NCBI GenBank assembly: GCA_051294375.1
Contig: CM119266.1
Location: forward strand, 26,989,690 to 27,053,689
DNA length: 64,000 bases
Direction of reading: 5' to 3'
Origin: Paraspadella gotoi
Lineage: Eukaryota > Animalia > Chaetognatha
Positions 24,701 to 39,900 of the stretch are shown here, in pieces. Below the pieces are notes generated by a model that ran no database searches, was not told the origin of the DNA, and saw only the letters and a program-made list of their open reading frames with translations. How positions within the stretch are numbered: position 1 is the first letter of the stretch; every line of letters starts with the position of its first letter. A program made the translations under genes and the position numbers.

Positions 24701-27700
24701 CGTCCTTTTTTTTTTAATGGCGGAAATCGAAAGTGAGGCTCGCGAGAAATCGTCAGCTTTTTTTTAAACCGGGTTTCATCATTCGTTTTCACATTTCATC
24801 CCACGGGTAGTAATAAAACATGATCGAGATTAATGACCTTTTTTCTTTAACAAGAAATGATACTTTTTTGTTTACATTTTTTTAAGTTAAGTTAATAATG
24901 GCGTCATCGCTAACAGGAATTGTGCAAAAAAGAAAAAAAAAATCACGTTGTCTTGAAACAACCCAAACGCTTTTGGTGCAATATTTATTATTTTGTATAC
25001 ATTTATGTATTTATTTACTATATTTAATTAATAATTATTGTTGACAAATACAATATTAACTTGTAACGCTTTCTCGTGATTAAACACGCCTCAGGATTTG
25101 AAAACCCGAACAGAGAAGGAGAGGGAAGATGTCTACGGGATTTGTCTACTGGGGTGGTGCGACTCGAAGCCGCCTCACCGCTCTCTGCTTCGTCTCAAAG
25201 ACCAAGCAGGCGAAATTACTTCTTCTCAACCGCGCGTCCCGGGTTCGATCCCTGGCTCTCCTCGATTCTGGTTAAATGTGATGGGGGGGAGCAAAAAAAA
25301 AAAAGCTTAAAGGCCTTTCCTTCGATCTCATCACTTTGCGGTTCGATGATCATTCGTCGGTTTCGACGTCCATCGCGTCCCCTTAACGGTTTTGGCCATT
25401 TCCATTGGGGGGGGTGGAAGGTGGGCGTGGAGAATTGGTGCGGAAGGGGGAGGGGCAAGCGCAACGGTTTTGGCAGCCTTTTGGTGGAATAAAAGGTGCC
25501 TTCGGCCCCATCCCGCCTTTAACGGTTTAGCCATTTCGCTGGGTGGAAAAATGGGTAATGGTTGTGATAGCCCCTTTGGAAATGGCGCGAACCAGTGTTG
25601 ACCTAGTTATTTTTTCCGGTGGAGGGGTGGACGGGGAAGGTGTAAAACTTGGTTTGGTTTCCGATCAGTTTATAGATTTAAAGTGCGAGTCTTCAATTAA
25701 TTTTAATCGCTTATCTGTAACAGACTTTGGAATTCTGCTAAACGGTTTAAAAGGAATCACCACACACTTTCACCCGCCGACCACCCTTTAAACTAATTTG
25801 CCACTTTGCGAATATGCTGGCATCACCTCTTAAAGGTTTTTTTCTCTTCATGGAAAATCTACGTACATAAAGGAGACGGCCAACCCTCAATAACGATTCC
25901 ATCAATCCTTCCCGAAGCGGCGCTGTTAGTGGGGTTGCCAGGCGACGGGTTTTGAACTTTCCGTCACCGTCTTAATTTTTTTCTTTTAAAATCATTTACT
26001 CTCATCGGTGGTTCTTTTTTTTCAAAAGTCCAATCCATTTTAACATTATATGTAGACAATTAGACATTACCTACCTTCAAGTAAGAACGCCTTTCACAAC
26101 GATGAGGAGGACTTTTTCCCCGCTTTCGTTCTCTCACCTCCGATGGTACCCTAATGTAACCTTACCCACTTAGATCGTAACCCTTACCTCGGGTTCCAAC
26201 CAATCAACCAACCAAACCATGGTTTTTCAACTAGTCACAGAGCTTCTATCCCCCATAATTTTCATCCAATAAGAAAAAGTTAAAAACCACATCTCTACCT
26301 AATCACAAAAATTGCCGCCCGGGCCAAAAACCCAATCACATAGCCTCCTCGCTACCGAGCCTGCTCCACCCAATCACAAACCTCGCCGCCAAAGCCTTCC
26401 AGCCAATCGTTTTCTTTCTTTAACCACCGACAGTCATCTTGCTCGTCTTTAAAAGTTTTTCGTCTTATTAGGCTTCGCGCGACGACTAAAGAGCAACGAC
26501 CTTTAGCGACTTTTCGAAGGCTCCTTCCTTTAAGGCTCTTCCTCCCGCTAATGTTCTTTGCGCTCCTTTTCACTCTCTCTTTTCAACAGTTTCTACATTT
26601 TACAAAAGTATATTTTCAGTTATTCACTTTTCTCAAAATTATTTCCCACCTTCATTTCTAATTTGATATTTTACTAATCTTCTCCCTCTCTTTTTAATAC
26701 ATTTTCAGTTATTCACTTTTCTGGAAATCATCTTAACTCTCTTCCCCCCCCCCTTTTTCAATGTTTAATAGTCTTCATTTTTCGATCCTCTTTCCTCTTC
26801 CCGCATCTTCACACACTTTTTCCTTTTCCAATCTCGTCTGCAGATTTCCTAATCTTTCCTTTTTTTTCTTTCGCTCCTTTTTTTTTTCCACATCATCGAG
26901 TTTGGGTGGGAAGCCGAGCTAACCAAGAACCACGGGCGTCTATGTCGAACCGACCTTAACTTTTGTAACTCTCGCGGTTACCTAAACTTACCTGTCCTTA
27001 CCTCACCTCTCTCCAAAATACAAAAACCTTGAACCTACTGTCCACCATTTTTTTCTTTCGTCCAAAAACCCCCACGTAACCAATTTCTCCCTCACGATCT
27101 CTCAAGCAACCATCCAAAACTACCCCCCCCCCGGTGAAAGCGAATCTTGGAGCCCATAGACCCAATAGCCATTCCGAAATCCGGCCCCCATCGCCCGACA
27201 AATGGCAGAGGCGCGTGAGACTCCGTAGCGCCCTATTTTTTTTTCTTTGGAGGCCGAAAACCAAAAAGCGGTAATTTAAAAAAAAAAGCGGATGCAGCGA
27301 GATGCGGAAGTCTAAGCATGTAGGCATAGGTAACTGCTTCGTTGCAGGATTCTTTTCTTTCTTTCGCCGAAATATATATTCTTTCGAAATTTTTTAGTAG
27401 ACAATCTCCGTTTGTTTACGTTTTTCAATCTGTCACCTTTCGAAGTTTGTTTACGACGAAGGAAATGAAAGAAGTGACAAGAGACAACCTTGAAACCGAT
27501 AACTAAAATATTGCAAAGAAATATATATCATAACTATACAAGTTTCGTTATTTAATAAACAAGAAACATCCGGGGGAATTATGCACGCTAAAAATAGTAA
27601 ACGGAAGAAGGAAAAAAAAAAGGAAAAAAAAAATCTCCTTCTTGCAGATTCTCGATATATTCAAATGCTACGCCGCGCGTTTTCTTTGCCGCAATCGCCG

Positions 27701-30023
27701 CCGCAAAGATGCTGCGGATTCCTGCACCCGAAAAAAACTAATTAACTTTTCCTTTCGCCTTAGAAAAAAAATGCAGAGGGGGAAGGGCCCTTCCCCCTTA
27801 AGGGGTGGGGATGAGCGAAGGGGGGGGAGATAAGTTGGAAATGGACGGGGTCGAGATGAACTTAAAAGACAACTCTGGCCAATTTTTAAAGAATACAGGA
27901 AGTGAAAGAATGAGAGAAAAAGGGGGAAACAAAAAGAAAGAAATAGAGAGAAAGAGAGAGAGAGAAATAGAGAAAGAAAGAAAAAGAGAGAGAAACAGAG
28001 AGAGAGAGAGAAAAAAAGAGAAAAGAAGAAAGAAAGAGTAAGAGAGAAAAAAAGAGAAAGAGAGAAAAAGAAAGAGAGAGAGAGAGAAAATGAAAGAGAG
28101 AGAGAGAGAGAAAGAAAGAGAACGAGAGAGAGAGAAAAAGAAAAAGAAAGAGAACGAGAGAGAGAGAACTTTACCCTTTCCCTGAAAATGGTAGATGTTT
28201 CGTCCAAAAAGGTTATTTTTGACATCAAGGACGTATCTGTGCGTGAGCATCTCACTTCTATCGCGAGTTCACGCGTCTCTCCATCTCTCTCTCTCTCTCT
28301 CTCTCGCGTATCGCCAGATTCGCGATTAACTAGAAACGGAAAAAGATTTGCCCTTTTAACGGCTTTTTTATCCCGAAGAGAAGCGAGGCAAAGGGTGCCC
28401 GCGCGAAGGAACGCCGAGAGCGATTTTTCATTTCGCGCCCGAGCGCCTGTTTTGCGCCCGTTATGCGCCTGTTATGCGCCTGTTATGCGCCCGTTACGCC
28501 GAGCTTTATTCGATGCCTTTGGCGCGAGCTACGGGGATTTGCGTTTAGAGAAGAGAGAAACTTGTTTAAAGGTTATTGCTCAAAATTGTCGAGAAAGCGA
28601 AAAAATAAGTTGATTCTAAGTAAATTAACTACGTTATTGATTTATACTAATTGACAAAGTTCACCTTTCTAGATTTATTTCGTTAAAAAAATAGTTAAAA
28701 ATAAAAATATTTTCCCCGGTGGCACTCCAGAGTTAATAAGTTGTGTTTCTGAGAATGTTTATCTAAAAGAATATTCAATAAATTTATAAAGTCAATATTT
28801 TAAAAGCATTGAATGTATGTATCTATCGCCACTTTAGCAAATTTGCATATGATCGTAAATTTATTGAATTAGTCTCGCGTTCGACGTACATGAATTATTC
28901 ATAGCTTCACTTTCTCACAAACAATCGGCTTTTTACGATCGAAAATCCTTCCGCTTTGTCATAACCACTTCCCACTGTACTAGACATTTATGGGATTCTC
29001 AAAATATGCAGGCGGCCATTCGTCACAACCGAGACGTCGGGATGGATTTTTCTTGTAACGTCAACACAGAGTGAGAGAGGGAGGGAGGGAGAGAGAGAGG
29101 GAGAGAGAGAGGGTCCGGGGAAAATGCTGGTAGCGGAGAAAAATGGGGCGAGGGGGAGTGAAGGAGGAAAGGCAATGGGGAAGGAGAGAGGAAAAGGATT
29201 AAGAGATGACAGGTAGAGGGTCGAGGGAAAGCTGAAGAGAGGGCGTGGCGGAGGCTGGGGGTGCGGGGTAGTAGAGGGGCAGCGGGAGGAAAGGGATTGA
29301 GGAATCCCGAATCGTCGAATGCTAATGGAACCAATTTGAAGAAGAGAAACGAATTGCTCTCTAGAGTTTATTCCCATGTATGGAATAAAAGGGGGCGAGG
29401 GAGAAAACGGGAAGGGACGGGAAGAATGAGATAAAGGCCGAGGTGACGGGGAGATTAATAAGGAAAATGGGAAGGAAGGGACTAAAGAAAAATAAAGGGT
29501 GAAGGTAAAGTAGAGGAAGAGAGAGAAACTGTGGAGAAATGAAAAAAACGAAGAATTGGGAAGTGGGAGAGTGAAGGGAGGGAGGGAGAGAGAGAGAGGG
29601 AAATTGGAAGAGGGAGAAAGGGAAATAGAGAGAAGGGATTAAAGCTTTCGGGCATTTTTGGCAGAGAAGATGAACGAGGGAGGTTATAGAGGTTCGACGA
29701 TCGGGGAATACGAGAAGAAAGGAAAGCGAGTTCGAGGAAAAGAGAGGAAAGGAAAAGAGGAAAAGAGAAAAAAGAGGAAAAGAAAGGAAAACAGAGGAAA
29801 AACGAAAAAAAGGGAGGAAAACAGTATAAAAGAAGCTGACAATCGACAATGGGGTTAAAGGAGCGACACAGAAACGGAAAAACTGAATGAGTTTGAAGAA
29901 TCAATTCAGGTTGGGTAAGTTTAAGAAGAAAAAAGGAGACTCGAGTCAGCTGGTAAGGACTGGTGCGTTGCGAGGTCGAATGGAAAAAACAGTCTGTCGA
30001 CAAAAGAAGAAAAGGAAAGAGGG

Positions 30024-30064
<41 letters not shown>

Positions 30065-30907
30065 CGGATGCAGCGGACAAAAAAAAGGAAGAAGAGGTGA
30101 AACCAAAACGAGCGGAAAAAAAAGGATATAGAAATAAAAGTAGGAAGCGAAGACAGAGGAAAGAGAATATTAGGAAAGTTAAGAAAAAAAAAAGTAAAGA
30201 GAGAGAAATACAAAAAAAGAGGAGAAAAAAAGGAAAAAAAGAAGGAAGGTCTTGGAAGAAAAAGTGGAAAGTGAATTAAAGGAGGAAGAGTGAAAGAGGA
30301 GAGGAAAGGAGAGATAGCGAAGGAGGAAAGTGGAGGAAAGTAAGAAAAAGAAAAAAGAAATCGGCGAAAATGAGATAAATGGAGAAAAGGAGGAAAAAGG
30401 AAAAGTAACAAAGCGAAAAGACGAAGGCGACGGAGGATTATGAGTCACGTAGAAAATTGGAGAGAATGAAATGGGGAAAAAAAAGGGAAGAAGGAACCAG
30501 AGGTTTTTTTTTGTTTTTGAGAATAGGGCGAGGGTGAAAACTGTCGCGGCCGCAAGGAAAAGCTTCGGGTCGAGTGAGATGGGGTGAGGTTACGTTTGTG
30601 AGGTGGTTGTGAGATGGGGTGGGGGTGAGTGAGTGGGTGAAGTGACGTGTGATGAGCAGAAAGAATGAAAGGAAACGAAGAAGCTTTTGCCGTAGACTGA
30701 TAGTTCAGGAGCGGAAATGACGTAAAGAGGGAACATTAATAGGAGCAAGAAAGCAGCTATGGAGGAGCAAAAGAGCATTTGAGAAGCGAGGAAAGAGTAG
30801 GATAAAAATAAGAGAAGGAGAAGGGAAAGAGCAGGAATAAAGCAAGGAAAGAGCAGGAAAAGAAAAAGGAGCAACGAAGGAGAGAACAATTTTATTGAAA
30901 GACAAAA

Positions 30908-30965
<58 letters not shown>

Positions 30966-33900
30966 ACACATTCTTTCATCTAAAGAAATTCCAACTCGTC
31001 CCTTCTCTGATGATATGCATACTTTTCAATCTCGGCGCACGCGGGTGCACGCGCTCGCACGCGCTCGCACGCGGACGGACATGGACGCATGCGCAAAGAC
31101 CGTTTTCTTTCGTTGGTGGAAGACGCGTCGCGCGTTCGAATCGCGTGCGAGGTTTTAGCGCGCGCGAGAGCCTCCATCCGCCAGAGGCGTTAACAATGAG
31201 AGAGAGAGAGAGNNNNNNNNNNATCGAATGAAACTCTTCGGAAAGCAAAGAGTGGCTCAGGTAGTCCAGGTCGTTAGCCTCACCGATTCGCTCCTCCATT
31301 TCAAGGGTGAGTTGATGAATGAGTGAGGGATCCCTTTCTTATTCGGTGGCTTTCTCTCCCTCTCTTTTTCAGGAAAGAGATTTGCCTGAAAACTGATTCC
31401 AACTTTGGGAGAGGAAGAAAGATGATAAGATGGTGAAAGGAAGGAAGGAAATCTGTATGAGGGTTTTCGTTTTAAGGGAAGGAGAAAAAAAGGAAGCGAC
31501 GAACTGAGGAGAAAAAAAGGAGGAAAAAGAATGGAAAGTCAAGAAGGGAAAAAAGGAAAGAGAAAAAAAAGAGGAAAGACCCGTTGGTGCCGTGAGAGTG
31601 ACAGACTGAATAGTTTGTGACTAGAAGGGGGGGGAGACGGAAGAGTAGGGAGGAACTAGGAAAAGGGAAAAGAGAATGCAATATCAAGTGAGAAATAGAT
31701 TAAAGATGGAGAATACAATATGGGATGAGACTATAAGGAAAGAGTGTGTTTGAAAAAAGGGTGTAATAGTAGGGGGAAAAAAAGAATGAAAAGGAACATA
31801 AAAAGAGATGATGAAAAAAAAAAGATACATAAAAAAAAATATGCGAAAGAAATAAGAGGATGCGACGGAGAAGGAGGAAGAGGAGGAGAAATCGTCGCGC
31901 CAGAGGGCGGAGATATCGGAGAACCGGAAAGCGGGTTGAAGCGTTATGCGTCGCGAAATGGAGTATTGAGTGAAGAGAGAGAGAGAGAAAAAAAAATCGT
32001 TAAGTCTCGACTCGCGCGCGCAAATTCAAACCAGATTTTCGGAAAAACACCAAAAAAAAAAAGGTGAAGGGAGGAAAAAAGGAAGAGCCGTGGCGGATGA
32101 GCGAGAGAGAGAGAAAAATAAAAGAATAAAAATTGAATCGAATGGATTAAATGTAGAAAAAGAGAGAAAGATGGCGATTGACGACCAAGAGAGAAAAAGA
32201 GGGAAAACAGAGAGCGATAATAAAAAATGAAAAACAGGATGTTTGAATCGCGTTTAATTAACACCAGAGTTGAGCGCGCTCTCTCTCTCTCGCTCTCACT
32301 CTCTCTCAATTCAAAGGAATAAAGGAGATGAGGAGAGGGAGAGAAAGTGGAAATCGCCCCGGAGCCGCCGACGAAGAGATGCTTCACGAGGAAATGCCCG
32401 GCGAGCGGACGCCCTCGAAGCAGATGGAGAGAGAGAGAGAGAGAGGGAGACGAGTCTCTACCCTTTTCCTCCTCAGTTTTCAAAAGGACTTTTTTAACGG
32501 AAATCCTCTTGAGATTTTCATTGTCCTTTGTTTGAAAAACGAGTGGGAGAGGGGAATGCAGACGGGAAGGTGGAAAGAGGTAATTATGAAAGGGAATGCA
32601 GACGGGAAGGTGGAAAGAGGTAATTATGAAAGGGAATGCAGACGGGAAGGTGGAAAGAGGTAATTATGAAAGGGAATGCAGACGGGAAGGTGGAAAGAGG
32701 TAATTATGAAAGGGAGAGTCGGAATGTCGGAATATATTAGAAGAGGTTAGATTGTTGTCGATCGGTTTGGATAGGATTTTGAAAGATTAAACAGAGAAAA
32801 AGGTTGAGTATTAAAGAGAAGACGAACGAGAAGAGTCATGATTATCACGGTTAAAGATATTTTTTTTTTGGAAAGCCAAACGACGAAGTCACGGGATTGT
32901 TTGTGAACTAGAATTGTTGGTGAAAATGAGAGAGGGGTGGTGAAATAGTGAAGGTGGAAAGCGGCCTGACCGAAGGTGATAATAAAAGGGGGGTGTGGGG
33001 GAGAAGCCAATGAGGGGCGTCTCGGAACCTGGCGTAATCATGAGTCGGCGATGAATAATAATGAGAGGAGAAACCCAATGGATTTCTTTCTTCCCCCCAC
33101 TATCTCTCTCTCTCTCTCTCTCTTCCATTACCGTCTCTCGAACTCCATTGTCCGAGAGTCACGTCGCCAATCCGTTTGTCCATTTCGTTGCCAGTTTCTC
33201 TGGTTAATTTTCTTTTCAGCCAATTCGACCGTCCATTCGCCTCTCTCTCTCTCTCTCTCTATCTCTCATCGCCTCCCGGTCTTGCACTCGCGAGCGCTCT
33301 CTCTCTATCTCCCTCTCTCTCTGTCTCTCTCTCTGTCTCAACCGGCTAATGCCTCCAGCCCATCCCCCTCAGTCTCATCATCTATCTATTTACTTTTTTC
33401 TTGGTCAATTTACAGTGAGACACGAAGTAGATGGCTTGCATAAATAACCTACTCTTTCGATTTCTGATTGCTTTGGCGAGATGGAAAAAGTTATATTGAT
33501 CATTTCGGCCAATTTTTTTAAATATAAAACTTTGAACATTCCTCACGTAAATAGCTGAACTATTTGAGTTTACAAAGGTGTCTAAAACAATGGCCTATGG
33601 ATTCAAAAACGACCCTTAAAGTGTTCGTAGTACAGAATAATGACCACGTCGATCAACCTGATTGTCACGTCGATTTCAAAGTATTTTATGACGTCGAATG
33701 GACAGAGACAGAAACAAACAGTCACGAACGTGCCCCCTTGGACATGACATGACATGACATGACGAAAAAGATTTGCCAACGGAACGCACTTCTAAGATAG
33801 AATTAAATCGATCGACAAAGTAGATCAACGACGACTCGATCTTCCTCGTTCGATAAAAATGAGAAACGCCTTTGGTTCCGTCGCGCGGATTCACCGTGAA

Positions 33901-35861
33901 AGAAAGTAATCTCCTTCTTCACAGACTCTCACTTCACGGAGGAAAGGGGGGAGGAAAAAAATGGAGAAATGGGGGAGCGATATTGGGAGGAAAGGAAAGA
34001 GGTAATTCTTTGTCTCTCCAACACACATGTACAAAGAAAGGTGCGCTCTCCCTCTCCCTCTCTCTCTCCGGTTGGGAAAATTGAAGCCTTAAGTCATGCG
34101 GGAGAGAGGAGCGACTAGTTTGCATTTAAAACTCGTCGCAGTCGCAGGCGTCGACGCCGCTGCCGACGCCGCTTCTACCGACGACGCCCACGACTAGCGG
34201 AATGGGAAAAAGGTGAGTTTCTAAAACACCCTCTTTCCTTCATTTTTTTTAACGTCTTTTTTATTCGCGCTGGGAACAAAGTTTGTAATTTTATTCAAGA
34301 AGAAGAGCGTGACACAATGGAAGGTTTTTTAAAAGACGGTTACTTGATAAGGGTTGCCGAATGCGGAGAGAGGAAGAAGATAACAAAAATTTGGACCGAA
34401 GAAAATAAAAAGGAAGAAAGGAAGTCGCGAAACGAGGGAGAGAAAAAAAGAAAGAAAAAAAGCAAAAAAAAAAAGCAAATGAAGGAAGTGAAAAAAATGA
34501 ATCGTTAGAGATAAACGGAAATGAATGAAAATGGAGGGGAAAAAAAAAGAGGAAAAAAAAGGAAAGGAAGGAAACCGCAGTACGAAAACCGTCTGCAATC
34601 GCGTGGGAGGCGACAACGTTAGACAAGAAGAAAGAAAAAAAATATCCCGTCGTCTCGGCGAGAGATTGATTGCGCTCCGAGTAATATTATTTCAATTAAC
34701 ATCGGGTCGCCAATCAACGGACGTCAGCGTCGTTGCGGTTCGTCTTCGTCGTCGTTGTCGTCGTCGTCAGAGTTCATCGTCTTCCTCACGGTCTTCGTCG
34801 TTATTTCTCTCGGTGTCGTCTTTACGTATCTTTCTGTTCTTCTTTGTCGTCGTCTTCTTCCTCTTTGTCGTCGTCGTCTTCTTCCTCTTTGTCGTCGTCG
34901 TCTTCTTCCTCTTTGTCGTCGTCGTCTTCTTCCTCTTTGTCGTCGTCGTCTTCTTCCTCTTTGTCGTCGTCGTCTTCTTCCTCTTTGTCGTCGTCGTCTT
35001 CTTCCCTATCTTCGTCTTCTTCGTCATCGGTTTTTTTCGCGCCAAACCGTCATGCACCGCGGCGTTGTCTACTTCGTCGTCGTCGTCGTCGTCGTCGTCG
35101 TCTCCTTCTCGTCACCACGACTACGCGCATGCAACCGCAATCACTCGAAGTAAACAAATATAAACAAACGCGCCTCAGCCATCTGTCGGTCATTGACGAA
35201 ACTACGCGAAAAAAAAAGTGGGAGTTTCGGAGGCGGAAATGAAAGAAGCTTTCACGATCACGAGAAGAGGTTGAAGAGTTTGAGGGGGGGCGGGGGGGGT
35301 GAAGTGAGCCCCTTTTCCCCCGGGGGATTCTTTGAGCAATCTTCTCCCAAGGGAGGAGGTGTTGAACTTAAAAGGACTTTTGATTCGCAGTTTTCTTTAT
35401 AATAAAGAAATTATAATAGTAAGAACTCTATGATAAATCTATTAATCATGAGTAATCTGTGATAATTAAAACTCGTGAGAATGGAAAGAAGATATTCCAA
35501 AGAATCAAAAAATATTTATACATTAATATTTATATATATTAATATTTATATAATTATTTATATGCAATAGAAAAGGAAATATTGTTCTTGGTTTCTAATA
35601 ACATTTTTGAAAATTAGAGTCGAGGCCCCCCCAAAAAAAACGAAATTGAAAAAAAAAAAATTCTTCCCGCCAAAAATTTCGACTCTCTCTCAATCTCTCA
35701 CAAAACTTTTTTTCTCCTTCAATGCGGCGGCGGCGGCGGCGGCCGCCTAAAAAATGGCGGCGCCTTTCGCCACGGAATATCAACCCTCCCTTCAAACGCA
35801 GTTCATTCGCCCCAGCTGCGTTCGCTCAATCTTTCCCGCGAGCGCGAGCCTTCAATTTCAT

Positions 35862-35901
<40 letters not shown>

Positions 35902-36917
35902 TCTTTTCGAGTATTCGCGACACTAAATCCGTCAGAGACGAATTCTGTTTTTTTCGAAACGTTTTTCTGGAATGTTTTTATGTTTTTGTTTCTATTTTAT
36001 TTAATTTTTTCGAAGATGTCAGTAACGATCGCGGTGTTTGTCAATGTCTGATAAAAAATTTGCACGTGAAAGTGAAACGATCCGCGAAAAATTTTGAATG
36101 TTTCCAGAGTTTTATAAAGCTTTCTCGAGTATGCTTGAATAATATTGTCCAACAGGGGTAGAATTGCGTATAAATAAATCTTTGCAACGATATGACCGGT
36201 AAAATACATTCACAAAGAAAGAGAAAGAAAGAAAGAAAGAAAGAAAGAGAGTGGGAGAAGGACATTTGCGGGTAGATGTAACAGAAGAGTAGGTGGAAGC
36301 GTGTGAGAGAAGGAAATGTATAACAAATATGAAAGAGGAAAGAAAGAAAAAAGAAAAAAGTCAATGGAAGCAGAAAAATAAAGGAACATCGGGGAAGTAT
36401 TTTTGGGTTGAATACAGAAGGAGGAAAAGAAACGATAATGAGAAAAATATTGAGGTAAAAGAAATAGATATGGAAATAAGTCACTTATGAGGAGAAAAAA
36501 AGGATACAATCGGAAGATGAAAGAGACTGGGAGTGGGTAAAGAAAATTATTAAGTCAAAAGAGGGGATAAATCAGTGCTACGACTAAGTATCATTTTCTG
36601 GGATGCACAGTTGCATGCAATGGATGTTATAGAGAGAGAGACGATTTGGAGCCAGAAGGCGACAATGAACAGTCGGGGTTGGCGAGGGACTCGATCCTCA
36701 GTTGACTGTCGAAAACGAAGAGGCGAGCGGTGGTGACCTTTCGGCCGGCGTCTACCGCTTTTCAGTTCCGAGCAGGTGCCCCAAAGTGCCGACGCGGGCC
36801 GCCACTTTTATCAGCCTCGTCATGGTTTTGGGATGACGGGGAATATGTCAAAAAGATGGCGACGGAGAAAAGAACCGAAACGACATCTTTGGAATCGAGA
36901 GGGAATTATAGCCGAAG

Positions 36918-36975
<58 letters not shown>

Positions 36976-39900
36976 TGAGAGAGAAGAAAGATAAAAAGGA
37001 AAGAGGATGTATGTAAAAAAACTGAATTGGAATTGAGATAGATGGGGCATACAGATGACGCAGATGAGCAAAAGCTAGAGGACATAAGGATATAGGTACA
37101 CAAAAGAAAAGAAAGAGCAGACGAAAAACGGCAGAGAAGTCGTAAAAAGAATTCACAGAAAAAGAGAGGGAGGTAAAGAGAGAGGTAAAAAGAAAAGAAA
37201 ATCATATGATATAGACGAAGGAGGGAGACGATCTAAAGGAAAAAAAATAGACGGCGGTGGAGGCGAGAGAGAAAAGAAGGAGAAAGAGAAAATATCATTA
37301 CGATTTGCATATATGAGCGATGGGTATGCATCATCTCTGCCTTTCAGACTAGAAAGAGAAGACTAAGGGGAAGAAGAGAGAGGATGAAGAGGAGGGAGGA
37401 AAGGAAGAAAGAAGGAATGGAAAGACGAGGAAAGTAGAGGAAAAAATGAGAAAAATAAAAGAAGAAGTAGTAGAAGGAAGAAACGAAAATAAGGAAAGTA
37501 GAGAAATGAGGAAAAGAACTTTGAGAGCACTCTGCATTTTTTTTTCTATTTTAGGGAAAAGAGAAAAGAAAAATTTAATTAATTTTTTTTTTTTTCGTTC
37601 GCGCGAGATGGATTTTAGTTTTAGGATTATTAGAGAATTCTTTTTCGAGTATAAAAAGGGAAAAGAGGGGGGCGTATGGTCGGGGGGGGGGCGGAATATC
37701 AAGATGAAGCGTTGAACCAAATCTTTGGTGACGAAGTGTTATTTACTCTGCTCGTCTTTATGAACAACGGAATCGAGAACGGGACGTCGGGAGAAATATC
37801 ACAATAGACAAGTTGAAGCGATATCTGCAGGCGTTATTTCGCGCCAACGACTCATCCCTTAATGAGCGAACCCCTGCCCCCTCGCGCCTCTTCGAAACGA
37901 GCGGCGAGCGCGCAACACGAGGACGAGGTATTGACTGGAGAGCCCGACGCCTCGGATCGTGCGAATGAAGAAGTCACAATTATTCGATCAAGTCTTACGT
38001 GCGTAAAAAACGAAAAAAGGAATCGAATATTTAATTGGTCAGTCGAAGATAAAATGCTTAAAACTGTTAAATAATATAAGTCCGGAAAAGAGCTAGTTCT
38101 TATAATTTTATATCAAAATACTTGAGAATTTTTTTCCGATAACTAGTTGATCTTTTGTCGAATTCGAAGACGAAACGCGGCGCCGCGAGAGGTCGTGCGT
38201 AAAATGATTTAATATCGGGTCAATTCCCGTTTCGATGCGAACGTGCGTGGCACTGTCTTCCGGGGCACCGACGAGCGTGGAACGGGCTTGCGTGGCAAGG
38301 GCTTTCGTGGCACGGGCTTGCGTGGCACGGGCTTGCGTGGTCAGCAAAGACGAGACAGCTCGTTCCTCAATTCGTACGTTTTTTTTATTAATAAATAACC
38401 TTAGCTCGTAACATCCAGCGGCCTTTGATTTAACCAGACCCTCTCTCATGTTTGCCCACTTCTTTCGCCGCAGTTTCTTCCCCCATACATCGTTTCTTTT
38501 CACATTCTTTTCGCCTTCTTAGTAATAGTATTTGCTCTCTCTTAGCCTTCTTAGCCCGCCCTCTCTTATCGCCTTCTAATTTGCCCGCTTCTTTGTCTTC
38601 CATCGCGCGAACGACGGCACCTTTTTCTCTTGCGCCTTTCGCTCCCTTTTTTTAGTCTCTGGCGCCGCATTTCCGTTCATTAAAACCGAAAATCTCCATA
38701 ATCCATCCACATCTGCTTCAATGTAATAACTCTCTCTCTCTCTCTCTCTCTCACACCTTTGGCGTCCCCAACGGATTTGAAATGGTCGTTTTAAGAGATA
38801 AAAATATTCGTCAAGATCCTTTCATTCAATTTTATTGTCACTTGATTCGATCGTAAAAAAAGTTTGGATTTATGGCTATTATGTTACTAAAAATAAAAAG
38901 AACAATTCACTTCAAATGTCTCACAAACTTTGAAATTAGTCCCAAGACTCAATTTTGATCACTTTTAACCTTTATAGATCTTAATGATAAATTTAAAGCG
39001 AATATTTTTGACGACAGTTACCTATTTTTTGTATTATATAAAATAGTTTAAACCAATATTGAAATCAACCTTTTATTCAATTAATAAATTATTGTGCCGG
39101 TGACTTGGGACAGGCAAGACCTGCATCAATCTAACAGGATATTTACCGAGCAAGCTTCTACTAGAAGTTCTAGTGTTCCCGACTTCTCTATTCAGTTCAA
39201 CTACCAACTGGAAATTATAGAGCGAACTTCTATTGAAAAGCAATTCTTTCCGCCGCCCACATTTCCTTCTCAATCTGCCCTAACCTTCTTTCCTCAACCC
39301 CTTCCCGCTCTCAACCCCCTTTAACACCCTAACCCCTTCTCCCCCCCCCGTCTTCCTTTCCACACCCCAAGCCAACGAGAAAATCGGAGCTGATAAGCCG
39401 TCGTCTGTTCTGTTGTATTTCACGAGAAAAAAGGGAAAAAAATCGGGGGCGGGGAAAAGTTGTAGGTACGAAGAATGATGGAGTGGGCAGAAGGGTGATG
39501 TTGTTGGGAAAGTTTAATTATTTTGTGGATTGGAACGAGAAAAGTTTAGGAATATGGATACTATCCATTGGATAGGGTAGGAATGTTGTCCGTACGGAAA
39601 AGAATTTGATGGGTAGGAAAAGGATAAGGCTCTCATTGGTTAAGAGAGAGTNNNNNNNNNNNNNNNNNNNNNNNNNNNNNNNNNNNNNNNNNNNNNNNNN
39701 NNNNNNNNNNNNNNNNNNNNNNNNNNNNNNNNNNNNNNNNNNNNNNNNNNNNNNNNNNNNNNNNNNNNNNNNNNNNNNNNNNNNNNNNNNNNNNNNNNNN
39801 NNNNNNNNNNNNNNNNNNNNNNNNNNNNNNNNNNNNNNNNNNNNNNNNNNNNNNNNNNNNNNNNNNNNNNNNNNNNNNNNNNNNNNNNNNNNNNNNNNNN

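Noticed and set aside
28175-28236. Possible 62-nt minus-strand cassette exon (cacag...gtaaag)
   Set aside because: Purine-rich acceptor context and an in-phase stop at the fourth codon; exon D already supplies this part of the Sema domain.
31128-31150. gcgttcgaatcgc T-loop-like hairpin
   Set aside because: No D-arm, anticodon arm or acceptor stem; lies in CG-alternating low-complexity sequence.
32552-32715. 40 bp repeats as a possible CRISPR array
   Set aside because: Units are head-to-tail with no spacers, in a eukaryotic intron with no cas genes.
34525-35242. Repeat-protein ORFs (VVVVFFLF, poly-Ser, CRRRLLPL)
   Set aside because: Translations of a 21 bp minisatellite open in multiple frames.
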